A stretch of 64,000 bases of DNA from positions 12,567-76,566 of the forward strand of contig DBMO01000046.1 of assembly GCA_002298995.1 (NCBI GenBank), read 5' to 3'. The stretch is from Desulfarculales bacterium UBA696 (lineage in GTDB: Bacteria; Desulfobacterota; Syntrophobacteria; Syntrophobacterales; Syntrophobacteraceae). Made by a program: the position numbers and the translations under genes. Of this stretch, positions 46,413-55,499 are shown piece after piece. The notes beneath the pieces were generated by a model. The model was not told where the DNA came from. It did no database searches and worked only from the letters and a program-made list of their open reading frames with translations. The first letter of the stretch is position 1, and each line of letters begins with the position of its first letter.

Positions 46413-47347
46413 GGCCGCTGCACCTGAAAAACCCCGTCATGACCGCCTCGGGCACCTTCGGGTACGGCGAGGAGTATGCCTCGCTGACAGATCTCGGCAA
46501 GCTCGGGGCGCTGGTCGTCAAGGGAATATCGCTTTTACCGCGAGCCGGAAACCCGCCGCCACGGATCGTTGAAACCCCAGCTGGGATGATCAACGCCATC
46601 GGCCTTGAAAATGTCGGGGTCGAGGTCTTTCTCTCGGTTAAGCTGCCCTACCTGTGCGGCCTGGATGTGCCGGTGATCGCCAATATCTTCGGAAACACAA
46701 TCGAGGAATACGCGGGACTGGCCGAGCGCCTGGACGGAGCGCCAGGCCTTACAGCCATGGAAATAAACGTAAGCTGTCCCAATGTGAAAGAAGGCGGGAT
46801 GGTTTTCGGCACCGACCCGGCGATGACTGCAAAGGTAGTCGAGGCTGTCCGGCGCAAAACGTCGCTTCCGCTCATCACCAAGCTCACCCCGAATGTCACC
46901 TCGATCGCCGAAATTGCCCGAGCCGCGGAAGGCGCCGGAAGCGATATACTATCGTGCATAAACACTGTTGCCGCAATGGCCGTGGATGTTTATTCGAAGC
47001 GACCTCGCCTGGCAAATATTTTCGGGGGCCTCTCCGGCCCCGCCATCCGGCCCATCGCCCTGCGGTGCGTATACGAGGTGACCAGGGCGGTAAAATGCCC
47101 CGTCATCGGAATCGGCGGCATCGCGAGCGCGGCCGATGCCCTGGAATTTATGCTGATCGGAGCACGAGCAGTCCAGGTGGGAACAGCCAATTTCGTGGAC
47201 CCAACCATAACAGCTGAGATAATCGAGGGAATCAGGTTGTTTTTGGAAGCTGAAAAAATTGCTGCCCTATCCGATTTTATCGGCACACTGGACACAAGCT
47301 GCCTCTTTCCTTTTGCCGAGGACGCCTGCGGTTCGATAGAAATTTAG
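46358..47347 (+). CDS. pyrD: Dihydroorotate dehydrogenase B catalytic subunit
   Basis: LKNPVMTASGTFGYG, NVSCPN and GIGGI motifs. The annotated ATG overlaps pyrK by 55 nt, so the true start is uncertain. Confidence 0.9.
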   Translation: MEPNPDPTIAAPDLSVQLGPLHLKNPVMTASGTFGYGEEYASLTDLGKLGALVVKGISLLPRAGNPPPRIVETPAGMINAIGLENVGVEVFLSVKLPYLCGLDVPVIANIFGNTIEEYAGLAERLDGAPGLTAMEINVSCPNVKEGGMVFGTDPAMTAKVVEAVRRKTSLPLITKLTPNVTSIAEIARAAEGAGSDILSCINTVAAMAVDVYSKRPRLANIFGGLSGPAIRPIALRCVYEVTRAVKCPVIGIGGIASAADALEFMLIGARAVQVGTANFVDPTITAEIIEGIRLFLEAEKIAALSDFIGTLDTSCLFPFAEDACGSIEI

Positions 47348-47403
47348 CCGGCTGGAAAGCGTGGCGGCAAATCATGGGTTGAGCTGCCTTCGAGGCATTC
47401 ACC

Positions 47404-48000
47404 TCAGCGGACAAAATCCCTTCCCGCTTTCCGGCACTCATCAAGGGCCGCGGGATGGTGCAAAATGGCCCCCTTTTCGTCTATTTCCCTGAAGCAAAGC
47501 TCCCCGGCCCAGGCGATATCCAGGGCGTCGAAGAAGTATTTCGCAGTGAGGATGGAGCATTCAAAGAGACGCTTTCCGCGGGTGGCCCCTGCGCCAAGAA
47601 GAAATCCCTTCCTGCCGAGGACGAATCGTTGACCTTGAGCTGGGGCGGCAAATCCCGCTCCCTTTTTTATCAGCTCGCGCCGCATATAAGGTGCTTGTGA
47701 GCGGTCCACGAGCAGCTTCAACTGTCCGGGCAGTCCATAAAAGTAGATTGGACTGGCCATGACGACCCGATCCGCGGAATCGAGCAGTGGATAGACTTTT
47801 TCCATATCGTCTTTCTGCACGCAGCGGCCCGCTTCGTCGCAGTGACCACACCCAAGGCAGCCCGAGATATCGAGGTCCCTCACGTATATCCGCTCCGTCC
47901 GGACTTCCGCCGAGGAGGATGCCCCCTCGATGAACGCATCGGCCATCAGGTCGGTATTGCCCTTTTTACGTGGGGAGCCGTATATGGCGACTAACAGCAT
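47404..48000 (-). CDS. Flavodoxin-fold NAD(P)H-dependent FMN reductase / iron-sulfur flavoprotein-like
   Basis: MLLVAIYGSPRKKGNT N-terminus and a Cys cluster CLGCGHCDEAGRC. Confidence 0.75.
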   Translation of the reverse strand: MLLVAIYGSPRKKGNTDLMADAFIEGASSSAEVRTERIYVRDLDISGCLGCGHCDEAGRCVQKDDMEKVYPLLDSADRVVMASPIYFYGLPGQLKLLVDRSQAPYMRRELIKKGAGFAAPAQGQRFVLGRKGFLLGAGATRGKRLFECSILTAKYFFDALDIAWAGELCFREIDEKGAILHHPAALDECRKAGRDFVR

Positions 48001-48192
48001 TGTGGCGCTCCTGCGAAACCGTGCAATTTTGTTCGAGAATCCCCTGCCGTATTGAACCGAACGGCTTTACAGGGGAATGTATCTCTGCTACTTTGAATTG
48101 GGCCTCGGCATGGGATTTCCGGCCAAATTCCCGTCAAAAAAGCGATCTTCACAAACTGGACCCCTTGTACTCGTTTTTCAAGGAGTAGAGTC

Positions 48193-48606
48193 ATGCCTGA
48201 CTGCATCTTCTGCCAGATTATAAAAGGCCAACTCCCCTGCGCAAAGATTTATGAAGATGAACGCGTGATAAGCTTTCTAGATATAAATCCGGTCAACCCT
48301 GGACATACCCTCGTCATCCCCAAGGCACATTATAAAACTATTTTCGAACTCCCGGAGGAAGAACTGACCGCGTGCATGAAGGTTGCCCAAAAACTTGCCA
48401 GGGCCGTTTTCAAGGCAACCGATGCCGCCGGCCTCAATTTCATCCAGAATAACCTCAGGCCCGCGGGGCAGCACGTAGATCATATTCATTTCCACCTGAT
48501 TCCGCGCTACCCGCAAGATAATTTTTTTACTTCATGGCCCGGAAAACCCTATCAACAAGGCGAGCTGGAAAAAATCGCAAAGATGATCACCGCGTGCTGC
48601 AAGTAG
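48193..48606 (+). CDS. HIT-family (histidine triad) protein
   Basis: CIFCQII...NPGHTLVIPK...HIHFHLIPR. Confidence 0.9.
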   Translation: MPDCIFCQIIKGQLPCAKIYEDERVISFLDINPVNPGHTLVIPKAHYKTIFELPEEELTACMKVAQKLARAVFKATDAAGLNFIQNNLRPAGQHVDHIHFHLIPRYPQDNFFTSWPGKPYQQGELEKIAKMITACCK

Positions 48607-48700
48607 TTCGCAACTGAACCGCGCCGGCGTCTTTTATTCATTTCACCAAAAACCGCACCGAGGCGCTGTTTGGCTAGGTTGGGGAGTTTTCACCGATTTG

Positions 48701-48727
48701 AGGCGGGCGACGTCCGCCTTTTTTTAT
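48701..48727 (+). terminator. Rho-independent terminator
   Basis: AGGCGG-gcgacgt-CCGCCT followed by TTTTTTT. Confidence 0.7.
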
Positions 48728-48892
48728 TAGGCTTGCGGAAGGGACAAACGAAGGGGAGCAACTTACAGCCGCAATCCGGAGACCGCGCCGAAGAGGCTCC
48801 CGCTACCACATCGAACGTAATGAAGATACTCGTGCCAGTACTGTCTTTCATAAATGCAATGATTGATATATTCCATGTGGATCGAAGACACC

Positions 48893-48928
48893 GTAGGGTG
48901 GGCACGATGAAGCCCGTGCCCACCCTAC
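48893..48928. repeat. GTAGG-type 14-bp perfect inverted repeat
   Basis: GTAGGGTGGGCACG-atgaagcc-CGTGCCCACCCTAC. Confidence 0.85.
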
Positions 48929-49032
48929 AGTTCGATACCGTCATCGAATTTATGAAATCGACCACTAAGTTGGTGACAGGATTACACCACCATCGAAGTT
49001 CGCCAACAGTAACAGGTTAGCAGCGGGTCCGG

Positions 49033-49215
49033 CTATCTTGCCGGGGATCCCGCGAATACTTTTTGGTTCAGATTTCCGGAACCCGGGCCGCCACAGTCAG
49101 GAGTATAGCAGGTGACGTCAACGAATTCGCATTTTTGATTGCACGAAGGGCAGGTCACGGGAGGGGCCTCGGTTTTCAGCGTGTTACCGCAACTATTACA
49201 TTTCCAGGCAGGCAT
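49033..49215 (-). CDS. Small zinc-ribbon / rubredoxin-like protein
   Basis: 60 aa: MPAWKCNSCGN...VTCPSCNQKCEFVDVTCYTPDC, with two CxxC pairs plus extra Cys. Confidence 0.55.
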   Translation of the reverse strand: MPAWKCNSCGNTLKTEAPPVTCPSCNQKCEFVDVTCYTPDCGGPGSGNLNQKVFAGSPAR

Positions 49216-49467
49216 GGCTTTCTCCTTTCTCTATCTGGGCGGTTGCCGATAAATTACTCGCCACACTTGATGTCGGGGTCTTCCTTATCCCTTATCTTGT
49301 ATGGAGCTATAGTTTAACAATTAACGGCTTTTGATGCCAGATATCGAGGCGTTATTTCTATTTGTGTGAAATGTTTATCGTACGACAATGCTTGTCGTAA
49401 TTGAGCAAATTTGCACGGTTTGATATTTAAACCGCGATTTTGCAAATAGCGATGGCTTGAGGTAGGT

Positions 49468-50772
49468 ATGATCGAATTCAACACTTTTCTCTTCGTTTTT
49501 CTCGTTGTTTTCATAGGACAAAGCATATTTTCGACTTGGCTGGACCGAATCAACATTGGTTATGCCCAGAAAAACCCGGGCAAGGTTCCTCAGGGATTCG
49601 AAGAATTTCTGGATGCGGAAAAGCTGGCCCGGATGGGCGCCTATACCGCGCGGAAAGGACGGCTGGGAATCATCGGGGAAATCGTCTCCAGCGTGGTTCT
49701 GCTGGTGATTCTCCTCTCCGGAATTCTTCCAGCGGTCGCCGCCGGGCTGGCAGGTCTTGGACCGACTTCGATCCTCGCCGGCCTTATATTCTTTTTCATC
49801 CCCGGTTCAATTCAATTCCTGGCTGAGCTTCCCTTCGGCTACTACAATACCTTCGTCATCGAAGAAGAATTCGGGTTCAACCGATCCACTTTGAAACTGT
49901 GGATAATTGACCACATCAAGAGCGGCATCATCGGGACCGTTCTTTTTGCCGCGCTTTTTTCCATCCTGATGCTGCTGATAAGGTACTCTCCCCTTCACTG
50001 GTGGTTCTGGGGCTTTCTGATCGTTTCAGCTGTGCAGGTCCTTTTGGCCGTTCTTTTCCCGGTTGTGATCGCGCCTCTTTTCAACAAATTCGAGCCGGTA
50101 AAGGACGAAGAGCTTTCTCGGAAGATCATGAGCTTGATGGACGAGAACGGGATCAGGGTTAAGAAGGTGCTGCAGATGAATGCAGGCGTTCGCAGCCGCC
50201 ACACAAACGCCTATTTTACCGGAATTGGGAAGACGAAACAGATCGTGCTCTATGACACGCTCATTGAATCGCACAGTCACGATGAAATACTTTCCGTGCT
50301 CGCGCACGAGGCAGGCCATTTTCGAAAGAAACATGTCTTGAAGCAGCTAGCGGTTTTCTCCCTGTTCCTGCTTGCCGCCTTCTACATCACGTGGCTTTTT
50401 GTCCGGTGGCCCCTCCCCTACAACACGTTCGGGTTCTCCACCATTTTGCCCTACGCGGGGCTTTTCCTGGCGGGGATTGTCTGGCAGAAGGCCGGCTTCT
50501 TCCTCCAACCGTTCTATATGAGCATATCGAGAAGGTTCGAGGAGCAGGCGGACACTTATGCTGTAAACATGCTCCGCACCGCCTCGCCGCTCGTTACGGC
50601 CATGAAGAGGCTCTCGGCCGACAACCTCTCCAACCTAAATCCGCATCCGCTCTATGCGTGGTTCCACTACTCGCATCCTCCCATCCTCAAGAGGTTGAAT
50701 CAACTTGAAGAAGCACAAAGAAAACTTGGCGAGCGCGGTACGGACCAAACCAGGAGGGCTGCCGGTTCATGA
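49468..50772 (+). CDS. M48-family (Ste24/HtpX-like) membrane zinc metalloprotease
   Basis: Multi-TM N-terminal half, HEAGHFRKKH (HExxH), and a downstream E...D region. Confidence 0.85.
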   Translation: MIEFNTFLFVFLVVFIGQSIFSTWLDRINIGYAQKNPGKVPQGFEEFLDAEKLARMGAYTARKGRLGIIGEIVSSVVLLVILLSGILPAVAAGLAGLGPTSILAGLIFFFIPGSIQFLAELPFGYYNTFVIEEEFGFNRSTLKLWIIDHIKSGIIGTVLFAALFSILMLLIRYSPLHWWFWGFLIVSAVQVLLAVLFPVVIAPLFNKFEPVKDEELSRKIMSLMDENGIRVKKVLQMNAGVRSRHTNAYFTGIGKTKQIVLYDTLIESHSHDEILSVLAHEAGHFRKKHVLKQLAVFSLFLLAAFYITWLFVRWPLPYNTFGFSTILPYAGLFLAGIVWQKAGFFLQPFYMSISRRFEEQADTYAVNMLRTASPLVTAMKRLSADNLSNLNPHPLYAWFHYSHPPILKRLNQLEEAQRKLGERGTDQTRRAAGS

Positions 50773-51470
50773 CGGGTACTTTCATAAACACCGGGGCGAT
50801 TGTGGCGGGGAGCGTTCTTGGCGCCCTTGCCGGATCGAGGCTGCCCGGCAGAATGCGCCAGAGCGTGCTCTACGGCCTCGGGCTGGTAACACTTCTGATC
50901 GGCTTTCAGATGGCGATGAAGGCGCAGAACATCCTCGTCGTGCTTGGGGCCATACTGCTCGGAGTGGTTATTGGAGAAGCGCTGCAAATAGAAGACCGGG
51001 TGCAAAGTCTTGGCGAGTTTTTTCAGGAAAAGCTCTCGCGCGGGACAGGGCAGCAGTCGTTTGCAGAAGGCTTTGTGACCGCCAGCCTGGTCTTTTGTGT
51101 CGGACCCATGGCAATCCTTGGATCGATCTCAGACGGTCTCTCGGGGGACTATCGGCTGCTCTCGATAAAATCGGTGCTCGACGGCTTTGCCTCGATGGCC
51201 TTTGCGGCGAGCCTTGGGTGGGGCGTGCTGCTCTCGGCCCTGGTAGTTTTCGCATACCAGGGAGCAATAACGATCTTTGCGGGGGCCGTTTCGGAAATTC
51301 TGACCGAGCCGATGATAGCCGAGATGACAGCGACCGGCGGGGTGATGATCATCGCGATTGGAATCAATCTTCTCGATATAAAGCAGTTGCGGCTTGCCAA
51401 CTACATCCCGGCAATTTTTATAGCCCCGGTCATAGAGGCACTCATTCCTGCCGTTAAGGCGCTGCTTTAG
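50769..51470 (+). CDS. DUF554-family membrane protein
   Basis: MTGTFINTGAIVAGSVLGALAG..., 233 aa. 4-nt overlap with the M48 gene. Confidence 0.7.
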   Translation: MTGTFINTGAIVAGSVLGALAGSRLPGRMRQSVLYGLGLVTLLIGFQMAMKAQNILVVLGAILLGVVIGEALQIEDRVQSLGEFFQEKLSRGTGQQSFAEGFVTASLVFCVGPMAILGSISDGLSGDYRLLSIKSVLDGFASMAFAASLGWGVLLSALVVFAYQGAITIFAGAVSEILTEPMIAEMTATGGVMIIAIGINLLDIKQLRLANYIPAIFIAPVIEALIPAVKALL

Positions 51471-51567
51471 ACAGGATCCGCAATTGGATTCGGAGCTGTA
51501 CCAGGCTTATCCCGGTTATCCCGCCTCTACTTACACACCGCAAAGCACCGGCCGCGCCAGCCCACGG

Positions 51568-51598
51568 TTGACACAAGTGGCCAAAAATGCTTTATATT
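51568..51598 (+). promoter_or_regulatory. Candidate sigma70-type promoter for tRNA-Leu
   Basis: TTGACA (51568-51573) then 17-19 nt to TTTATATT, about 25 nt upstream of the tRNA 5' end. Confidence 0.4.
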
Positions 51599-51621
51599 GT
51601 GGTTTCGCACAATACCGGCGG

Positions 51622-51708
51622 GCGAGAGTGGCGAAAATGGTAGACGCACTGGACTTAGGATCCAGCCCTGGCAACAGGATGGGGGTTCAAATCCCCCCTC
51701 TCGCACCA
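51622..51708 (+). tRNA. tRNA-Leu (anticodon TAG)
   Basis: Acceptor stem GCGAGAG/CTCTCGC, anticodon stem-loop CTGGA-CTTAGGA-TCCAG, long variable arm, T-arm GGGGG-TTCAAAT-CCCCC, CCA encoded. Confidence 0.95.
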
Positions 51709-51772
51709 GAGAAATTGCGCCTATTTCGGCTAGTAAATACCATCTCATCAGAAAGGTGATATCAGAGTGGAT

Positions 51773-53140
51773 ATGAATGTTTCAGTAACCGACGTCAATC
51801 CCGGTCAAAAAAAGATCCGTGTCGAAATACCTGCCTCCAGGGTCCGGGAAGAATTCGAGGGAAAGTATCGCGATCTCGCGAAAAGTGTAAAGATAAAGGG
51901 CTTCAGGCCTGGCAAGGTGCCAAAGTCCATTATTCAGTCATACTATGCGAAGGCGGTCGAGCACGAGGTTTCCACCAAGTTCATCGATGAAACCTTTCCC
52001 GAGGCCCTGAAGGAAACCGAGATCAAACCGCTCACCCAGGCCGACGTGAGTGAATCCAACTTCGAAGACGACGGTTCTTTTTCCTATACCGCGCTGGTGG
52101 ATATCAGCCCGCCCTTCGAGCTGCCGGAATACAAGGGCCTGAAGCTCTATAAAACTCCAGTCGAAGTGCCGGAGGAGCAGGTCGAGGCAGAGATCGAGCA
52201 GATCAGGCAGGGACACGCGCAGCTCAAGGCAGTCGAGTCAGACCGGCCGATCCGCGACGCGGACATGGCGGTGGTCGATTTTACACCAATGGTTGAGGGG
52301 AAGGTTTTCGAGAAGGGCAAGACCCAGGATTTCATGATCGAGATTGGCAAGGGAAGCCTGCACCCCGATTTTGATAAGCATCTCCTGGGGCATCGCCGTG
52401 GAGAGAGCTTCTCGTTCGAACTCGACTACCCCGCCGAGACCCCCACGAAGGAAATCGCCGGGAAACGCGTCCATTTCGAGGTGACGGTAAAAGAGCTGAA
52501 AGAAAAGGAACTCCCGGAACTAAATGATGAGTTCGCACAGTCCATTGCGGGTTCCAAGTTCGATACGCTCGAAGATCTGAAAGAAGAGATCCGAAAGCAG
52601 ATGCGGGAGCGCGAGGAGCAAAGGATATCGCACGAGCTGAGCAATATGATTACCGATAAGCTCGTCCGCCGGGCGCGGTTCGATGTGACGCCCAGGGTAA
52701 TCGAGGCGGAGACCGGCAAAATGGCCGATAATTTGCGCTACCAATTCGAGCGCCAGGGACTTAAGTTTGATGCGGCGCGTTTCGATTCGCCGGAGTTTCG
52801 ATCAAGCTACAAGCCCCAGGCCGAGAAGAACGTCCGTGTACGGCTGATATTGGATAAGATAGCCGAAGCGGAGAATATCAGTCTGAGTGATGAGGATAAC
52901 GAGGAAATCTACCGCGAGATCGGCAGCGCTTACGGCATCGATGCCGAGAAGGTAAAGCGCGAATACGCGGACAGCTCTTTTATCGAGCAGAGCCGCGACA
53001 GGAAAATTGAAGACAAGGTCCTGAAATTAATAGAGGCCGAGGCCGTCTACGTGGAAACGCCCGAAGAGGCGCGTGACCCCGAAGAGGCTTCAGAGCCCGA
53101 AGGCGGCGCCGAACAGGCCGAACCCGCCAAACAGGAGTAG
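51773..53140 (+). CDS. tig: Trigger factor
   Basis: MNVSVTDVNPGQKKIRVEIP N-terminus, GFRPGKVP motif, and an FKBP-like middle domain. A GTG at 51767 is an alternative start. Confidence 0.9.
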   Translation: MNVSVTDVNPGQKKIRVEIPASRVREEFEGKYRDLAKSVKIKGFRPGKVPKSIIQSYYAKAVEHEVSTKFIDETFPEALKETEIKPLTQADVSESNFEDDGSFSYTALVDISPPFELPEYKGLKLYKTPVEVPEEQVEAEIEQIRQGHAQLKAVESDRPIRDADMAVVDFTPMVEGKVFEKGKTQDFMIEIGKGSLHPDFDKHLLGHRRGESFSFELDYPAETPTKEIAGKRVHFEVTVKELKEKELPELNDEFAQSIAGSKFDTLEDLKEEIRKQMREREEQRISHELSNMITDKLVRRARFDVTPRVIEAETGKMADNLRYQFERQGLKFDAARFDSPEFRSSYKPQAEKNVRVRLILDKIAEAENISLSDEDNEEIYREIGSAYGIDAEKVKREYADSSFIEQSRDRKIEDKVLKLIEAEAVYVETPEEARDPEEASEPEGGAEQAEPAKQE

Positions 53141-53146
53141 CAGACG

Positions 53147-53755
53147 ATGGGACTTATTCCTATAGTGATTGAGCAGAGCAGCCGGGGCGAGCGCGCATTC
53201 GATATATATTCGAGGCTGCTGCGAGACAGAATCGTATTTCTCGGCACCGCCATAAACGATGACGTGGCAAACGTAATTATCGCCCAGATGCTCTTTCTTG
53301 AATCGGAAGACCCGGACAAAGATATCCACTTCTATGTCAATTCGCCCGGCGGCCTGGTAACAGCCGGCCTTGCCGTCTATGACACCATGCAGTACATAAA
53401 GCCGAAAGTCTCGACTTTGTGCATGGGACAGGCAGCGAGCATGGCCGCCATTTTGCTCGCGGCAGGCGAGAAGGGCAAGCGTTTTGCCCTGCCTCACGCA
53501 CGCATAATGCTCCACCAGCCGATGGGCGGCTTCCAGGGGCAGGCCACGGACGTGGACATCCAGGCAAAAGAGATTCTGCGCATGCGCGAGGAGCTTAATA
53601 ACATCCTGGTCGAGCACACCGGCAAGCCTTTCGACCAGATCCATCGCGATACCGACCGGGATTTTTTCATGTCCGGCTCGCAAGCAAAGGATTATGGGCT
53701 GATAGACGAAGTCATTTCCCTCAGGGGTTCGGACCGGCCGTTAAAACCCGTTTGA
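53147..53755 (+). CDS. clpP: ATP-dependent Clp protease proteolytic subunit
   Basis: [14 protein letters not shown] (active Ser), HARIMLHQP (His), DRDFFMS (Asp). Confidence 0.95.
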   Translation: MGLIPIVIEQSSRGERAFDIYSRLLRDRIVFLGTAINDDVANVIIAQMLFLESEDPDKDIHFYVNSPGGLVTAGLAVYDTMQYIKPKVSTLCMGQAASMAAILLAAGEKGKRFALPHARIMLHQPMGGFQGQATDVDIQAKEILRMREELNNILVEHTGKPFDQIHRDTDRDFFMSGSQAKDYGLIDEVISLRGSDRPLKPV

Positions 53756-53787
53756 GCGGCCAAAATCCCTTCTTCAAAATATACAAA

Positions 53788-53820
53788 TTCACCCCCGGCT
53801 CTTTCCGATCCGGGGGTGAA
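53788..53820 (+). terminator. Hairpin after clpP
   Basis: TTCACCCCCGG-11 nt-CCGGGGGTGAA. The downstream T-run is weak. Confidence 0.55.
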
Positions 53821-53859
53821 TTGCGTTACAGGGGCTATTGCTCAAAATGACTCAGCTTC

Positions 53860-53901
53860 GGAGCGGAACCCGTCGGTTCAATCTTGAACGTGAGCTGGTA
53901 T
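53860..53901. repeat. Partial second copy of the 44318-44455 element
   Basis: GGAGCGGAACCCGTCGGTTCAATCTTGAACGTGAGCTGGTAT versus 44414-44455 has 2 mismatches in 42 nt. The flanks share AATTGCGTT (left) and GCAAAAGACAA (right). Confidence 0.85.
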
Positions 53902-54316
53902 GAATGGAGCAAAAGACAAGATTCAGGCGACAGGTGTCGGATTTTGCCTCCTACATGCACTCATAGATTTGAACCCTTTCACCAATCAACCAACCGGCAG
54001 AACATCCTCCTCTACTCACTGTTTAAATTGAGGCAGCCCCATTCTGCATCAAGGCTACTCACAAAAAAAGGCCGCTATTCACGTAAAAGTGATTCTTATT
54101 ACCCGTGTTTGATAGTATTAAAGGGTCAAAAACTAAGCTGACGGGAAAAAGATATCGAGCCCCTTCGGGTACAGGGCCGTGAACCTCTCCGTGCTGGGTG
54201 GCTTTCGGCTTTTTTGGGGGAAACTTGGGGCCGCGCGAGCCCTTTACGTAAAGGTGGCTGCTGTTTTCACCGATATAACAAGGGTATAAGGGGATTCCAC
54301 CGGGAAGGATCCGTGA

Positions 54317-55483
54317 ATGTTTCGTGCCCGCATGTTCTTTTTTTTGCTGACCTTTTTGGCTCTAGGTTTTCCGGCCGCCGATTGCCGCGCTGCAACCGCG
54401 GCCCCCATACGCATCGGCGCCACCGTGTCGCTGGAAGGCAAATACGCGGAGCCGTCGAGCAGCATCCGAGACAGCTTCAAGCTGTGGGAAAAACAGGTAA
54501 ACGAGCGTGGTGGACTTCTTGGAAGACCCGTCGAATTAATCCTCTATGACGACAAGAGCAACGCGGACAATGTTCGCGAACTCTACACCAAACTTATTGC
54601 GCAGGACAAAGTGGACCTCGTGCTCTCCCCCTACGGCACACCACTTACACTGGCGGCCGCCGAGGTCACTACCAGATGCGGTTATACGATGCTTGCGTGC
54701 GGGGCTTCCGGGGACGAAATCTGGAACGGCAAACTGCTGAAGGTGTTCGGGATGTATTCCCCCGCCAGGCGCTATTTTATCGGACTGCTCAACATCATGG
54801 CCGCTAACGGCCTGAACACCGTGGCTATTGTGTATGAAGACAGCTCGTTTACCAGGGACGCCGCCGAAGGCGCCAAGGAGTGGGCGGAGCGTTTCGGGCT
54901 GAAGGTGAGCCTTTACAGGTCCTACTCCGTCGGAAAAGACGATCTGCCAAACCTGCTAAAGGATGTTCGCAAAGAAAATCCCGATGGGCTCATTCTCGCC
55001 TCTTATCCCGATGATATCTACCTGTCGCTTGATTGGATGAAAGCACATAAATACAGACCCAGGGTACTGGCGACTACCGTAAATTCAGCCTATCCGCATT
55101 TTTTCCAAAAGGTCGGCAGCATAGGAGAAGGCATTTTCGGCCCCTCACAATGGGAGCCGGACGAACGTATTCCGTTTCCGGGGACAAAAAGATTTGTTGC
55201 AGATTACGTGAACTTCACTCAAAGAGTTCCCTCCTACCACTCCGGGTCATCCTACGCAAGCTGCCAGGTACTCGAGAGGGCCGTCCAGCATTGCCAATGC
55301 CTGGACCAGACCAAGCTGGCCGATTTCATCAGCTCGCTCGATACGGTTACAATCATCGGACGCTTCAAGGTAGGGCAAAACGGCAGACAGACCGGGCACA
55401 ATTCCATGCTGATCCAATGGCAAAATGGGAGGAAGGAAATCGTTTTCCCGCCCAGCATGCAAACCGCTCCGCCCAGGATCTGA
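54317..55483 (+). CDS. Periplasmic substrate-binding protein, LivK/PBP1 (branched-chain amino acid-like) family
   Basis: Signal peptide, then IRIGATVSLEGKYAEPS...GGLLGRPVELILYDDKSN. Confidence 0.85.
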   Translation: MFRARMFFFLLTFLALGFPAADCRAATAAPIRIGATVSLEGKYAEPSSSIRDSFKLWEKQVNERGGLLGRPVELILYDDKSNADNVRELYTKLIAQDKVDLVLSPYGTPLTLAAAEVTTRCGYTMLACGASGDEIWNGKLLKVFGMYSPARRYFIGLLNIMAANGLNTVAIVYEDSSFTRDAAEGAKEWAERFGLKVSLYRSYSVGKDDLPNLLKDVRKENPDGLILASYPDDIYLSLDWMKAHKYRPRVLATTVNSAYPHFFQKVGSIGEGIFGPSQWEPDERIPFPGTKRFVADYVNFTQRVPSYHSGSSYASCQVLERAVQHCQCLDQTKLADFISSLDTVTIIGRFKVGQNGRQTGHNSMLIQWQNGRKEIVFPPSMQTAPPRI

Positions 55484-55499
55484 TCGATGAGGAACCAAG

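Noticed and set aside
50705-51457. 250-aa alternative-frame ORF overlapping the DUF554 gene on the same strand
   Set aside because: The translation is Arg/Gly-rich and non-membrane-like, whereas the other frame gives a coherent polytopic membrane protein with a 4-nt coupling to the upstream gene.
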